Assembly (NCBI GenBank): GCA_964389685.1
Contig: CAYMFM010000002.1
Location: 33,909 to 97,908 of the forward strand
Source of the DNA: an uncultured Rikenellaceae bacterium
Lineage (GTDB): Bacteria; Bacteroidota; Bacteroidia; Bacteroidales; VadinHA17
Direction: 5' to 3'
DNA: 64,000 nucleotides
Shown one piece after another: positions 18,429 through 28,881 of the stretch. Each line of letters starts with the position of its first letter. The stretch's first letter is position 1. A program made the position numbers and the translations under genes. The notes below the pieces were generated by a model that did not search any database, was not told the DNA's origin, and saw only the letters and a list, made by a program, of their open reading frames with translations.

Positions 18429-20132
18429 CTATTCTGCTTCAGCAACAATACGGGGAGCAGTGATCCGCAATATTGAGTAATATTGATCCTGATCCATTAG
18501 TACCTCTGAGGCACGAAGTAGTTGTTCGTCGTGTGAGAGAGAAGCGTGAATTTTGCCGCCCTGGTAATAATAACGACCGGCGATCTCTTCTTTCAGCAGT
18601 TCCAGGATCTCACCCCGGAATGTTTCAAGGTCTTTGTATTTATCGTGGGTCAGTTTTTCCTTTAACAGGCGAAACTCCTCTTTTGACCGATCAAAGTATT
18701 TTTCTTTTTTTGCCATTTCTTCAAGTTTCTTCAGGGCATTTTCGGTTTGGGTGTTGTAATCAAATTTCCTGCTGTCGATAAACTGAATAAAATCTTCATA
18801 ATCCTCATCAGAAATCGAAAAACCGTCGGGAGGTGTAATGGAATCGTGTAGAATGGCATATTGCGTCGCAAAATCGAAGATGAGAAAACGGGAATATAGT
18901 TCGACAGTTATTTGACTTACTGTTTCCGGATTGATTTGAACATCGGGCACAATACCTCCGCCATCGTATACCGGTCTACCATGTTTTGTTGTGTATTCCG
19001 CAACCAAAGAGTCGGGTATAGTTCCCACACTGCCATCTTCATTCCGGTTTGAATAGTCGAGTGCCTGGATGCACCTTCCACTGGGGATGTAATATTTTGC
19101 TGTGGTCACTTTCAGCTGGCTGTTGTAACTTAATGGCCTCGTGGTTTGAACCAGTCCTTTACCGAAGGTTCTCTCGCCGACAATAATTCCACGGTCAAGG
19201 TCCTGTATTGCTCCGGCCACGATTTCGGATGAAGAAGCCGAGCTCCGATTCACTAAAACGGCGATGGGGATGACGGTATCAATGGCTGCTTCGATGGTGA
19301 CATAACGGTGATCAAATTCCTTTACTTTGCCCCGGGTGCTGACGATTTCCTTTCCTTCGGGGATAAACAGATTGGCGACGGTAACAGCTTCCAGTAGTAA
19401 CCCTCCCGGATTGCCCCTCAAATCGAGAACCAAACCGTTCAGATCCTGTTTGCTTTTAAGGGAGACCAATGCATTTTGTACCTCTGTGCCGGCACCCATG
19501 GTAAAGTTGCTTAACCGGATATACCCAATATTCTGATCCAGCATGCCATAATAGGGAACGCTTTTTATCTGGATTTTTTTACGAACCAGTGTTTTCACGA
19601 TGGGCTGATCCATGCCGGGGCGTTGAACTGTAATCTCCAGTTGAGTTCCCGGCAGGCCTTTTAACAGATCACTGATTTTGGAAAGATCAAGCCCACGGGT
19701 TGATTTCCCATCAACCGCTACGATCAGATCGCCCGTTTTCAAATTGGCTCGATCGGCAGGAAAATTTTGATACACTTCAGAAATGACTGCATACTCACCA
19801 CTGCTTCTGATCAGAGAACCAATCCCGCCATATTCTCCGGTTGTTAGCAATTGCAGGTCTTCCAGTTCCGATTCCGGGATGTACACGGTATAGGGATCCA
19901 ATGTTTTCAGCATCTCATCTATGCTGGTTGTTATTAATTTTTCCGGATCCGTTTCATCGACATAATATAGATTAAGCTCCCGGAAAAGAGAGGTATATAT
20001 TTCTATATTTTTAACCAGCTTAAAATCGTTACTCTCTGAAAAGGCAAGAATGAACAGCGAAACAAAGATCAACACCCCCCCCGTCAACGTTACCTTCCGT
20101 CTCTTTAAGAATTCAATAGTTTTCATATGCAT
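18429..20132 (-). CDS. S41 family C-terminal processing peptidase with PDZ domain
   Basis: 567 aa with an N-terminal TM/signal. It carries a PDZ domain (LKTGDLIVAVDG), LRGNPGG, the catalytic Ser region RSSASSSEIVAGA and the Lys region ERTFGKG. The start is 20132 or 20126. Confidence 0.9.
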   Translation of the reverse strand: MHMKTIEFLKRRKVTLTGGVLIFVSLFILAFSESNDFKLVKNIEIYTSLFRELNLYYVDETDPEKLITTSIDEMLKTLDPYTVYIPESELEDLQLLTTGEYGGIGSLIRSSGEYAVISEVYQNFPADRANLKTGDLIVAVDGKSTRGLDLSKISDLLKGLPGTQLEITVQRPGMDQPIVKTLVRKKIQIKSVPYYGMLDQNIGYIRLSNFTMGAGTEVQNALVSLKSKQDLNGLVLDLRGNPGGLLLEAVTVANLFIPEGKEIVSTRGKVKEFDHRYVTIEAAIDTVIPIAVLVNRSSASSSEIVAGAIQDLDRGIIVGERTFGKGLVQTTRPLSYNSQLKVTTAKYYIPSGRCIQALDYSNRNEDGSVGTIPDSLVAEYTTKHGRPVYDGGGIVPDVQINPETVSQITVELYSRFLIFDFATQYAILHDSITPPDGFSISDEDYEDFIQFIDSRKFDYNTQTENALKKLEEMAKKEKYFDRSKEEFRLLKEKLTHDKYKDLETFRGEILELLKEEIAGRYYYQGGKIHASLSHDEQLLRASEVLMDQDQYYSILRITAPRIVAEAE

Positions 20133-20170
20133 GCATTTTTCTGCAATAATCCGGCAATCATTTGGAAATG

Positions 20171-20178
20171 CAAAGATA
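20171..20178 (-). promoter_or_regulatory. -7 box (TAnnTTTG) upstream of the S41 peptidase gene
   Basis: The minus strand reads TATCTTTG, 38 nt upstream of the start at 20132. Confidence 0.3.
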
Positions 20179-20232
20179 AAAAATCCGTCGTGATAACGTC
20201 TAATTATTGTGTCCTAAAAAAGGATGAAACGC

Positions 20233-20454
20233 TCAGGGCACGGGATCGTTTCCATGGCCACCCCATGGGTGACACCGCATGATCCGTTTCAGGCAGAGCC
20301 ACCCTCCCTTGATGGGACCATGTTTCCCTATTGCCTCGATGCAGTAATTGGAACAGGTTGGAGTAAACCGGCAGGTAGCCGGGAATAACGGCGATATCAG
20401 GTACTGGTATACTTTTACCAGACCAATCATCATTATGCTAAGCGGATTTCTCAT
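20233..20454 (-). CDS. yidD: membrane protein insertion efficiency factor YidD
   Basis: Motifs [31 protein letters not shown] are present. The start is uncertain (20481, 20454 or 20433) and it overlaps or abuts the rnpA stop, as is usual for rnpA-yidD. Confidence 0.85.
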   Translation of the reverse strand: MRNPLSIMMIGLVKVYQYLISPLFPATCRFTPTCSNYCIEAIGKHGPIKGGWLCLKRIMRCHPWGGHGNDPVP

Positions 20455-20827
20455 GGTGAGCGATAAGCTGCTGCAGGGCAATGATTAATTTTTCCTCAAT
20501 CATAGAATATGAAAGCACTTCATCTGAGATGTATACAAGCAGAATGGAGAGCTTTTTTCCTTTGGCAGAAAGGGGTTCAAACAACTCCTTGTGCTTGCGG
20601 TAGGCTTCTCTGATCCTTCGCTTGATCAGGTTACGAACGACCGCCTTTTTAAACCGTTTTTTGGATACGGAGAAAGCAACCTGAACCGGAGGCTGTCTCT
20701 TTTCTGATTCAGACATCCAATAGATCCGGAAGGGATAGGTTGTATGTGTTCTTCCGGCTTCCATCAGTTGGCCGATCCTTCGCTGACTGGTTAAACGCTC
20801 TGCTTTTTTGAAGGTGAATTTTTTCAT
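20438..20827 (-). CDS. rnpA: ribonuclease P protein component
   Basis: 129 aa basic protein with an RNR-type motif [17 protein letters not shown], followed directly by yidD. Confidence 0.9.
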   Translation of the reverse strand: MKKFTFKKAERLTSQRRIGQLMEAGRTHTTYPFRIYWMSESEKRQPPVQVAFSVSKKRFKKAVVRNLIKRRIREAYRKHKELFEPLSAKGKKLSILLVYISDEVLSYSMIEEKLIIALQQLIAHHEKSA

Positions 20828-20872
20828 CGATCAGAACATTTCAACCGGTACGATCCAAAAAAGTGAAGTGGA

Positions 20873-21625
20873 TTATTTACAATTTTTATTATGCTCTTTG
20901 ATGTACTGTTCCAGCGCCATGGTCATGCTGGGAGCCTCAGGATTGGGGGCTTCAATATCAAGGCGTAATCCCGCATCAAGAACAGCCCTTGTTGTGGTTG
21001 GCCCAAAAGCTGCAATTTTTGTGTTATTCTGATTAAAATCAGGAAAATTCTGTAGCAGGGATTTTATCCCGGAGGGACTGAAAAAGACCAGAACATCATA
21101 ATTGACATTCGAAAGATCGGAGAGATCACTGCAAACCGTTTTATACAGGATTGCAATGGAAAAGAAGATCTTATGCTTGTTCAACAACTCTGGAATTTCT
21201 GGCTTGTGTTGATCAGACAGCGGAATAAAGAACTTCTCATCCTTATGTTTCAGAATAAGATCCAATAACCCGATAAAATTATTGTGTCCGTAAAAGATTT
21301 TTCTCTTTCGGTAGACAATGTATTTTTGGAGGTAGAACGCTATCGATTCTGAAACACAAAAGTATTTCATCGAATCCGGAATGGTTAAACGCATCTCTTC
21401 ACTGATCCGAAAGAAGTGGTCTATTGCCGTTTTACTGGTAAAAATAACAGCGGTATGACCTAAAATATCAGTCCGCGTTTGCCTAAAATCCTTTACCGAA
21501 ACCCCCTCTACATGAATAAATGGCCTGAAATCAATTTTCAGGTTGTTCTGCCTGGCTAATTCGAAATAGGGGGATTTTTCATTCTCTGGTTCGGGTTGAG
21601 AGACAAGTATTTTTTTGATTTTCAA
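20873..21625 (-). CDS. uroporphyrinogen-III synthase-like (HemD family) protein
   Basis: 250 aa with a two-lobed HemD-like pattern (MKIKKILVSQPEP...FTSKTAIDHFF...VFFSPSGIKSL). Recalled pairing with a DUF4271 gene in Bacteroidota. Weaker motif support than the other calls. Confidence 0.65.
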   Translation of the reverse strand: MKIKKILVSQPEPENEKSPYFELARQNNLKIDFRPFIHVEGVSVKDFRQTRTDILGHTAVIFTSKTAIDHFFRISEEMRLTIPDSMKYFCVSESIAFYLQKYIVYRKRKIFYGHNNFIGLLDLILKHKDEKFFIPLSDQHKPEIPELLNKHKIFFSIAILYKTVCSDLSDLSNVNYDVLVFFSPSGIKSLLQNFPDFNQNNTKIAAFGPTTTRAVLDAGLRLDIEAPNPEAPSMTMALEQYIKEHNKNCK

Positions 21626-21672
21626 AACGCAAAATTTTAATTTTACTATCTCTATATCAAAAACTTACAATG

Positions 21673-22839
21673 CTACACCAATAATCCAGATAGCTTAAGA
21701 AATAGAAGTATTGGCAAAAATTCCAGGGCACAAAGGTATAAAATCCAATATAATATTGAAACTCCTTCCCGGATAAAAATTTGAAATCCCCGATACAATC
21801 GGAGCATGTAGGCTAACAAAATCAGGACCATTCCGCTATACAGAAACAGGGGCAATACGGTATCCGATATATACACCATACCAAGCACAACCGGGAACAG
21901 GGCAAGGCCGAGGTTCCGGTTGAAAAGGAACACCGTATGGGTATATTCGGCAAATGTTTTTTGGGTTAGTGAAATAGCTCCGAGAAGGTATAAGACGATC
22001 GATTTTACAGCATAGAGCGCAATGATAAGAGCGGTCAGAATAACATATGCCCTGAAACCGCCCAACCGGCCAATTTCGATCTTCAGATAGGTTAAGGTAA
22101 GATAAAGGTAGAGTCCGGTATTCAGGTAAAAGATGACGTTCAGACCCAATGCCACACGGGATGAAACACTGCTCCGGTCACGGAAAAGATTATAGGAAAC
22201 CTGTTGGTTGATTAATGCCACGACAGTGGGGGAGAGAAATTTGTTATAAAACAGCCGTATCCAGGCTAGAATGATAAATGAGAGAAGGAAAACCCCGAGA
22301 AACCAATCATGGGACACATCCATTTTTTCTTTTTCACCCAACCCCTTTTCAGCCTCCTTCTGTAACCATACCGTTTCTTTCTCTGTTTTGGCTGTATCAC
22401 CCGTTTCCCCACGATCTTCGATGAAGACCGGTTCTCCTTCTTCCTTTTCCAGATAGGAATAACGGGGCAGGTTCAATGAAAACTCCGGAAGGGGTAAAAA
22501 AGAGAGGGAATCCACCGATAAAATGACATGGCCTGAATCAAGCAAAACCACCGGTTCTGGCTCAACCTCTTGAATGCTACGAAAAGAAGGTATTTGCGGC
22601 TGTCGGGCAAGTGAATCGATGGTGTCTTGATGGCGATTGCTTCGTTCAAAAAGTGACTGAATATCCTCCGGTGAGAATTGCCGGATTGACAGTGAATCGC
22701 TCGCTTTCTGGATGGAATCCTGGCCCGCTTCCATGGAGGTGCTATCCTGAGATACACCGGATTGAATGGTATCCTGCAGGCTTATTATCCTTTTTGAAGC
22801 TGGATTGGTTTGATGATTTTTCTGCTCGTTCACCAACAT
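21673..22839 (-). CDS. DUF4271-like integral membrane protein with long polar N-terminal region
   Basis: 388 aa. The first ~170 aa are Ser/Gln/Glu/Asp-rich and non-hydrophobic, and the C-terminal half has about 6 TM helices. The family is recalled from its position next to hemD-like genes. Confidence 0.55.
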   Translation of the reverse strand: MLVNEQKNHQTNPASKRIISLQDTIQSGVSQDSTSMEAGQDSIQKASDSLSIRQFSPEDIQSLFERSNRHQDTIDSLARQPQIPSFRSIQEVEPEPVVLLDSGHVILSVDSLSFLPLPEFSLNLPRYSYLEKEEGEPVFIEDRGETGDTAKTEKETVWLQKEAEKGLGEKEKMDVSHDWFLGVFLLSFIILAWIRLFYNKFLSPTVVALINQQVSYNLFRDRSSVSSRVALGLNVIFYLNTGLYLYLTLTYLKIEIGRLGGFRAYVILTALIIALYAVKSIVLYLLGAISLTQKTFAEYTHTVFLFNRNLGLALFPVVLGMVYISDTVLPLFLYSGMVLILLAYMLRLYRGFQIFIREGVSILYWILYLCALEFLPILLFLKLSGLLV

Positions 22840-22919
22840 CGATTTCTCAGATAAATAATGGGCAAAGATATATCAATTCGCTGAGAATATTCTTTCATGC
22901 TCTGGTATGCAATTGCGGA

Positions 22920-23807
22920 TTAAAAAAATGTGATCTCTATTTTCTTGCCCGTCCTGAGTGATTCGATGTCAGACAATAAATGATTGGCTAATCGGCTTGC
23001 CCCGAAACGAAAAAGGGATGGTGTTATCCATTCAGTACCCAGACTGTTTGCAACGATAGCCAGAAAAGGAAGAGCCTCTGAAGAGGAGGATATCCCACCG
23101 GCGGGTTTAATGCCAACCCTTTTTCCTGTAGCGGAATAGTAATCACTTATCGCTGTACACATCACACCAACTGCCTCAATCGTTGCAGCAGGTTGAAATT
23201 TCCCGGTGGATGTTTTGATAAAATCAGCACCCGATTCCATGGCAAGCATACTGGCCCTATAGATGTTGTCATGGGAAGATAGTGCTCCTGTTTCAAGGAT
23301 GACTTTCAGCGGGTATTTTTGAACGACCCGCCTTATCTCTTTTAATTCTTTTTCTACAGCCGGGACATTTGATTCCAGGAATTTTCCTACAGAGATAACG
23401 ACATCGATCTCTTCAGCTCCATTTTCAATCGCCAGTTCAATCTCGGCTAATTTTATCTTCAAAAAGGTTTGTGAGGAGGGAAATCCTCCGGCAACGGAAG
23501 CAATTTTTACATTTGGCACTGCAAGTACATCCCGGACACAGGATACGAGTACGGGATAGACACAGATAGCGGCAACATTCGGTAATTCCGGGAAACGACG
23601 GGGAAATTGATTTACATTTTCACAGAGTGAACGGATTTTTTTTTCCGTATCGGTTGTATTTAACGTGGTCAGATCCAGCAAACTGAAAATGGTCTTTAAT
23701 CCGTCTGGGTGATTAAATGATCCGGCGGATGAAATGGCAGAATCCACAAGCTGTTTAACAAATCGATCCGAAATTTTTTTCCTGTAGTTTTTATGTTTTG
23801 TATCCAT
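22920..23807 (-). CDS. deoC: deoxyribose-phosphate aldolase
   Basis: 295 aa class I aldolase TIM barrel with the Schiff-base Lys context DFIKTSTGK and GIKPAGGI. Confidence 0.85.
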   Translation of the reverse strand: MDTKHKNYRKKISDRFVKQLVDSAISSAGSFNHPDGLKTIFSLLDLTTLNTTDTEKKIRSLCENVNQFPRRFPELPNVAAICVYPVLVSCVRDVLAVPNVKIASVAGGFPSSQTFLKIKLAEIELAIENGAEEIDVVISVGKFLESNVPAVEKELKEIRRVVQKYPLKVILETGALSSHDNIYRASMLAMESGADFIKTSTGKFQPAATIEAVGVMCTAISDYYSATGKRVGIKPAGGISSSSEALPFLAIVANSLGTEWITPSLFRFGASRLANHLLSDIESLRTGKKIEITFF

Positions 23808-23885
23808 TGTATTACCCTGTGCTGATTAGTGCATCTTTTTTGCAGCCCCTGCCGGTCAACGTATTTATAGCTATAAACAAACGGA

Positions 23886-25295
23886 TTATCTCTTTACGGA
23901 ATTTTTGCCGGGAGCCGTTTTCCCTCTTGCTATGGAGGCAAAGATACCACCAAAACAGAGAATTGAAAAAATAAGGAATGCCATTTTTACACTCGATAAG
24001 AATTCCGCATAATTGGATGGATTGATGTCAGTCCGGCCAATGAACAGGGAGAAAAGCATCATGGCAATGCCCATACTGAACATCTGACCGACCGCCCGCA
24101 TGGTTGCCTGTGTGCCGGATGCAACACCGAGGAATTTTTTTTCTACGGAATTCATGATTGCATTCACATTGGGTGAAGAAAACAGTGCAAAACCTGTTCC
24201 CAGGATTAGCAGATTGATAATGATTACCAGCATAGAGGTAGCAGGGGTGAGGAAGACAAGCAGGAAGAGTCCCACCATGGATAATCCCATGCCGATAGAA
24301 GCAACGATCCTGGATTCAATTCTATCAGAGAACTTCCCCGAAATCGGAGATAGTATTGCCATTATAATGGGCTGGGAAACAAGCACCAATCCTGCTTCCT
24401 GGGGAGAGAGATCTTTGATATATTGCAGGTAGAGGCTTAACAGAAAACCGGTTGCAAAGGTTGCGGCATAGTTTATTAATGCCGCCAGATTTGAGAATGC
24501 AAAAATCCGGTTATACCGGAACAAATTTATTTCCAGAACTGGATATGCAGACCTCTTTTCAACCCGGAAGAACCAGCCGAATAGTATCAGACCAGCAATG
24601 ATAAACAGCCAGCCAAACCATTCCGGGAGAAGCGTAAATCCATACATCAGCAGAAATAGCGCCGCTCCATACAATATACTGCCCTGCCAGTCGAATCGCT
24701 CTTTGTCTGCATCGGCCCAATCCTGTTTCAGCATTAATAGAATCAGGATAATAGCGGATAGTCCGATCGGTACAAGTACCAGAAAGATGCTTTGCCAGCC
24801 CAGTTGTTGGGTCAGTAATCCCCCAACAAACGGTCCGATCGATAAACCGATATAGACGGCTGAAACGTTGATGCCTAAAGGCCTGCCACGTTCTCCCGGA
24901 GGATAGACAGAAGTGATAATCGCTGTGCTGGTACTGAAGATCATGGAGCTTCCAAGACCCTGTACTACCCTGAAGGCAATCAGTTGATGAATGCTGGCGG
25001 AGAGGGCACACAGGATGGAAGTGATGATAAACAGGGCAAGACCAATGGTATAGATCTTTTTTCTGCCAACGATATCGGCCAGCTTGCCAAGGGGAACAAG
25101 AAAGATTGCTGCAGACAGGATATACGAAGTAGCAACCCAGGAGATTTGAACCGCGTTGGCATTAAACTCTTTCCCAATCGTAGGTAATGCCACGTTAATT
25201 GCAGAACCCATAAACGGAGTCATGAACGATGCGATAACGGCAATGGATAACGCTGTTCGTTTAACGGATGTGTCGGGAAAATCCTGGTGAATCAT
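23886..25295 (-). CDS. MFS transporter (14-TM DHA2/EmrB-like drug:H+ antiporter type)
   Basis: 469 aa with about 14 hydrophobic helices. MFS motif A is GKLADIVGRKK and motif C-like is GLGSSMIFSTS. Confidence 0.85.
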   Translation of the reverse strand: MIHQDFPDTSVKRTALSIAVIASFMTPFMGSAINVALPTIGKEFNANAVQISWVATSYILSAAIFLVPLGKLADIVGRKKIYTIGLALFIITSILCALSASIHQLIAFRVVQGLGSSMIFSTSTAIITSVYPPGERGRPLGINVSAVYIGLSIGPFVGGLLTQQLGWQSIFLVLVPIGLSAIILILLMLKQDWADADKERFDWQGSILYGAALFLLMYGFTLLPEWFGWLFIIAGLILFGWFFRVEKRSAYPVLEINLFRYNRIFAFSNLAALINYAATFATGFLLSLYLQYIKDLSPQEAGLVLVSQPIIMAILSPISGKFSDRIESRIVASIGMGLSMVGLFLLVFLTPATSMLVIIINLLILGTGFALFSSPNVNAIMNSVEKKFLGVASGTQATMRAVGQMFSMGIAMMLFSLFIGRTDINPSNYAEFLSSVKMAFLIFSILCFGGIFASIARGKTAPGKNSVKR

Positions 25296-25334
25296 GTTGC
25301 TGTTTTACATGGATGGCAAGTCAGGTAAGATGGA

Positions 25335-25787
25335 CTATTCTCGGTTTTTTGTGTCAATCCATATCGTTACCGGACCATCATTAATGAGGTTGATGTGCAT
25401 GTATGCACCAAACTCTCCGGTCTTTACCGTTTTTCCCAACATTGTCCCCAGTTGTTTTACAAACGCTTCGTATAATGGGATGGCTAATTCCGGTTTAGCA
25501 GCCCTGATGTAGGAGGGGCGATTCCCTTTCTTTGTCTTGGCATGAAGTGTAAACTGACTGACTGCCAGTGCTTCTCCATCAACTTCCGTAATGGGTACAT
25601 TCATGATTCCATGCTCATCATCAAAAATTCGCAGTTGGGCAATCTTCCTGCATAACCACGCTGCATCGTCCACGGTGTCTTCAATTTCTATCCCAAGCAG
25701 GATCAACAAACCGTGGCCAATTTCTGAGATAATTTCTTCTTCGATGCTTACCGAAGCATGGGTTACTCGTTGTATAACGGCGCGCAT
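25335..25787 (-). CDS. dtd: D-aminoacyl-tRNA deacylase
   Basis: 150 aa with MRAVIQRV..., SQFTLHA and NDGPVTIWID. Confidence 0.95.
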   Translation of the reverse strand: MRAVIQRVTHASVSIEEEIISEIGHGLLILLGIEIEDTVDDAAWLCRKIAQLRIFDDEHGIMNVPITEVDGEALAVSQFTLHAKTKKGNRPSYIRAAKPELAIPLYEAFVKQLGTMLGKTVKTGEFGAYMHINLINDGPVTIWIDTKNRE

Positions 25788-25823
25788 AAATCAATCGTTT
25801 ACTGTTTTTCCGATCATTCAGGT

Positions 25824-27566
25824 TCACTTTGATGGTAATGCACCCAGGGTAAAAAAGCGGGGATGAAGGTTATCAAAATCGGTTTCCTGCTGATACATCG
25901 CTGCAACAGCAAGAATGGTTGCTTCATCAAAGAGATTGCCTATAAACGAGATGCTGGTTGGGGTTCCCCGCTGGTTAAATCCATTGGGAACTACGACAAC
26001 CGGATGACCGGTGAGATTCGTTATGAGAAGTTGGTTTCCGCCATAGCTGGGTGTGACGATGAGGTCGTATTGTTCCATTAGCTTCTGCATCTCCTGAATG
26101 AGCAGATAGCGAATACGGTTTGCCTGAATGTATTCAACGGCAGGAATAAATCGTGCCTGACGGAACAGATTGGGCCAGGCTCCCCGGTTTTGACGAACCA
26201 AAAGCGTATCCCTGTTGGACCGGGTAAGCTCATCAAATGCAGCTGCCGCTTCGGCATTCAGAATGATTTGCAGAGAAGAGACAGGCAGCGTGTCGGGAAA
26301 GGAGACCGGAATGAGTTCAACGCCCATCTTTTTCAGGACTGTGAGCGTCTTTTTGTCGTTTTTTTTCGTTGGATAATCTGCATCGAACGCCTCTTTGAAA
26401 TAGCCGATTTTCAGGTCTGAAAGATCCAGGGAGGATTTGTAGTTGAATGGCAGATCGACCAGGGTCTGGTCAATTCCGTCCGGACCGATCATGGCATGGA
26501 ATACCAGGGCACAATCGGCAGCATTTCTGCAGATCGGTCCAATCTTATCCATGGTCCAGCTTAATGCCATAGCTCCGGTTCTGCTAACCCGACCATAGGT
26601 GGGCCTGAGAGCCGATGTTCCACAACGTGTCGAGGGAGAGACGATAGAACCCAATGTTTCCGTTCCTATGGAAAAAGGAACCAGGCCGGCGGCAGTTGCG
26701 GATGCGGAGCCGGCAGAAGAGCCACTGGAACCCTGCTTGAGATCCCATGGATTTCTGGTTGTATCGGCATACCAGACATCTCCCATGGCTAAAGCACCCA
26801 TGGATAATTTAGCCAACAGCACAGCACCCGCTTCTTCCAGTTTTTTTACAACAGTTGCCGTTTCATCAATGATTTGATCCTTAAAGGGTGCTGCACCCCA
26901 GGTCGTTTTATATCCCTCTACTGCAAGCAGGTCTTTCACACCATAAGGAATGCCATGCAGAGGACCCCTGTATTTACCCTGAGCGATCTCTTCATCAGCC
27001 CGGGTCGCTTGTGCAAGGGCTACATCTTCTGTCAGGGTGATGACACAATGGAGGGTATCCCCAAATCGCTTCAGACGATCTAAGAAAAAACGCGTCAATT
27101 CAACCGATGTAATTTTCCGGCTTTTTATCAGTTGTGCCAGTTCTGCCACACGATAAAAGGCAAGATCGTTCCTGTTTTCCGGCAAAGAAACATTTTCCGG
27201 TAAGCCCCATTCAATCGGTTCCTGTTTTTGAGGAAAAGTAGCCCCGATTGGAATGGGATTGAACTGGATCGAAGGAGGAATGCTATTGTCAAGAGGGACG
27301 GAGCGGATATCATTGTATAACTGCGTATAATTCGCAAGGCCACCTGACATCTGAGCTCTCTCCTTCGGGTCAAACTGTAACCCCATGTGATTTTCTGCTT
27401 CGAGGATGACCGTATCGGGAAGCAGTGTGCTGGTTTCTGTTCCATCAGACTTCGCTGTTGAATCACGCTTGCAGGCCTGGATCACGATGAAAAAAAGCAA
27501 CAGGATCGGAATGGAGCGGTATATGAAATATTGGTATAAAGGAGTGTGAGAACGAGTCATGATCAT
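25824..27566 (-). CDS. amidase-signature family amidase, exported/lipoprotein-like
   Basis: 580 aa. The N-terminal hydrophobic leader ends in IQAC. A catalytic Lys context GVKDL and the Gly/Ser-rich signature GSSGSSAGSASATAAG are present. Confidence 0.85.
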   Translation of the reverse strand: MIMTRSHTPLYQYFIYRSIPILLLFFIVIQACKRDSTAKSDGTETSTLLPDTVILEAENHMGLQFDPKERAQMSGGLANYTQLYNDIRSVPLDNSIPPSIQFNPIPIGATFPQKQEPIEWGLPENVSLPENRNDLAFYRVAELAQLIKSRKITSVELTRFFLDRLKRFGDTLHCVITLTEDVALAQATRADEEIAQGKYRGPLHGIPYGVKDLLAVEGYKTTWGAAPFKDQIIDETATVVKKLEEAGAVLLAKLSMGALAMGDVWYADTTRNPWDLKQGSSGSSAGSASATAAGLVPFSIGTETLGSIVSPSTRCGTSALRPTYGRVSRTGAMALSWTMDKIGPICRNAADCALVFHAMIGPDGIDQTLVDLPFNYKSSLDLSDLKIGYFKEAFDADYPTKKNDKKTLTVLKKMGVELIPVSFPDTLPVSSLQIILNAEAAAAFDELTRSNRDTLLVRQNRGAWPNLFRQARFIPAVEYIQANRIRYLLIQEMQKLMEQYDLIVTPSYGGNQLLITNLTGHPVVVVPNGFNQRGTPTSISFIGNLFDEATILAVAAMYQQETDFDNLHPRFFTLGALPSK

Positions 27567-27576
27567 GGGTTAAATG

Positions 27577-28788
27577 TTATCCTTCGCTGGCCATCAGAAA
27601 GAATGGTTTCATTTCAAAGCTATGATAAAATGGCCGCAATCGTTCGGTATTGTAATTCTCTTTTACATTCACGATCTTTTTGTGACTGATCACTACATCC
27701 AGCGGGACATTATCATACCTTCCATTTTTCAGAACCACCAATCGGCCGTGGATTCCTTTCAGGATAAGATCGAGGGCAAGATTTCCAAATGCCATGGGTA
27801 CAATGGAGTCCATCGCATCCGGGTCACCACCACGAACCATGTACCCTAATTTCTGGTTAATGATGTTGATGGTTTTGCTTTTGTTGTACGTTGCAGAACG
27901 ATTCTTCAATTCTGCTGAAACGAGGTCACCGATACCACCCAGCTTCGCATGTCCGTATGCATCTTTTTCGGCATTCTTGAAAACCATCTCACCTCCTTTG
28001 AACATGGCTCCTTCCGAAACGATTACAACCGAGTATTTGCTCGGATTATGATTCCTGTCTTCTACCAGCAGTTTTGTCAGCAATTCGATATCGAATTTGT
28101 GTTCCGGGATCACACAGCGGTTGGCCGCCCCGGCCATCGTTGGCAGCATGGCTGTAAATCCGGCATAACGTCCGAAGACTTCCATAACCAGCAGGCGTTC
28201 ATGCGATCCCGCGGATGTACGAAGGGTGTTTGTCATCATGATTGTACGGGTTAAACAGGTACTGAAACCAATGCAATAATCGGTTCCCGGAACATCATTG
28301 TCCATGGTTTTTGGAATGGCAACCACCTTTACTCCTTCTTTGTAAAGCCTGACTCCATAGCTTAATGTATCGTCCCCTCCTATGGGAATCAGGTATTCAA
28401 TACCAAGCCAGCTCAGGTTCTTAATGACTTCCTCGGTCAGGTCGTTGTATTTGTCCTTATATTTCTCTTTCAGGTGTTCCGGAATATCGGCATGCCTCAT
28501 GTGACTTGGACGTGTACGGGAAGAGTGTAGAAAAGTCCCCCCCGTACGTCCCGCTTTATTTACAATATCATCTGTCAGGACCATATAACAATTGCTGTTA
28601 TCCGCATTTTTGTCTCGAATCAGCTCAGTGATACCAGCCCAGCCCCGTCTCAACCCGATCACCCGGTACCCTTCACGATTCGCCCGGATAGTGACTGCCC
28701 GGATAGCAGGATTCAACCCGGGAACATCTCCACCTCCGGTCAGTATTCCAATTACTCCCTTTCTGTTTTTGTTCTTAATTTGTGTCAT
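27577..28788 (-). CDS. 6-phosphofructokinase, predicted pyrophosphate-dependent
   Basis: The ATG at 28788 (MTQIKNKNRKGVIGILTGGGDVPGLN) is preferred over the GTG at 28833. Motifs are GGDDTL, PKTMDNDV and MVRGG. The Asp and Lys at positions equivalent to E. coli PfkA Gly104 and Gly124 mark PPi-PFKs. Confidence 0.88.
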   Translation of the reverse strand: MTQIKNKNRKGVIGILTGGGDVPGLNPAIRAVTIRANREGYRVIGLRRGWAGITELIRDKNADNSNCYMVLTDDIVNKAGRTGGTFLHSSRTRPSHMRHADIPEHLKEKYKDKYNDLTEEVIKNLSWLGIEYLIPIGGDDTLSYGVRLYKEGVKVVAIPKTMDNDVPGTDYCIGFSTCLTRTIMMTNTLRTSAGSHERLLVMEVFGRYAGFTAMLPTMAGAANRCVIPEHKFDIELLTKLLVEDRNHNPSKYSVVIVSEGAMFKGGEMVFKNAEKDAYGHAKLGGIGDLVSAELKNRSATYNKSKTINIINQKLGYMVRGGDPDAMDSIVPMAFGNLALDLILKGIHGRLVVLKNGRYDNVPLDVVISHKKIVNVKENYNTERLRPFYHSFEMKPFFLMASEG

Positions 28789-28881
28789 TTGTTCCTGTTT
28801 TTTAGCGTTAATTCTTTCGGTTTCCCGCCGCACATTCCGGTTGAAAAACCGGATAAAAGTATTAAAAAAACCGGTTCATTA

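Noticed and set aside
24559-25011. 150-aa same-strand alternative-frame ORF inside the MFS transporter gene, with similar internal ORFs at 30070-30465 and 27128-27466
   Set aside because: They are embedded in well-supported longer genes, have biased low-complexity translations and show no independent signals.
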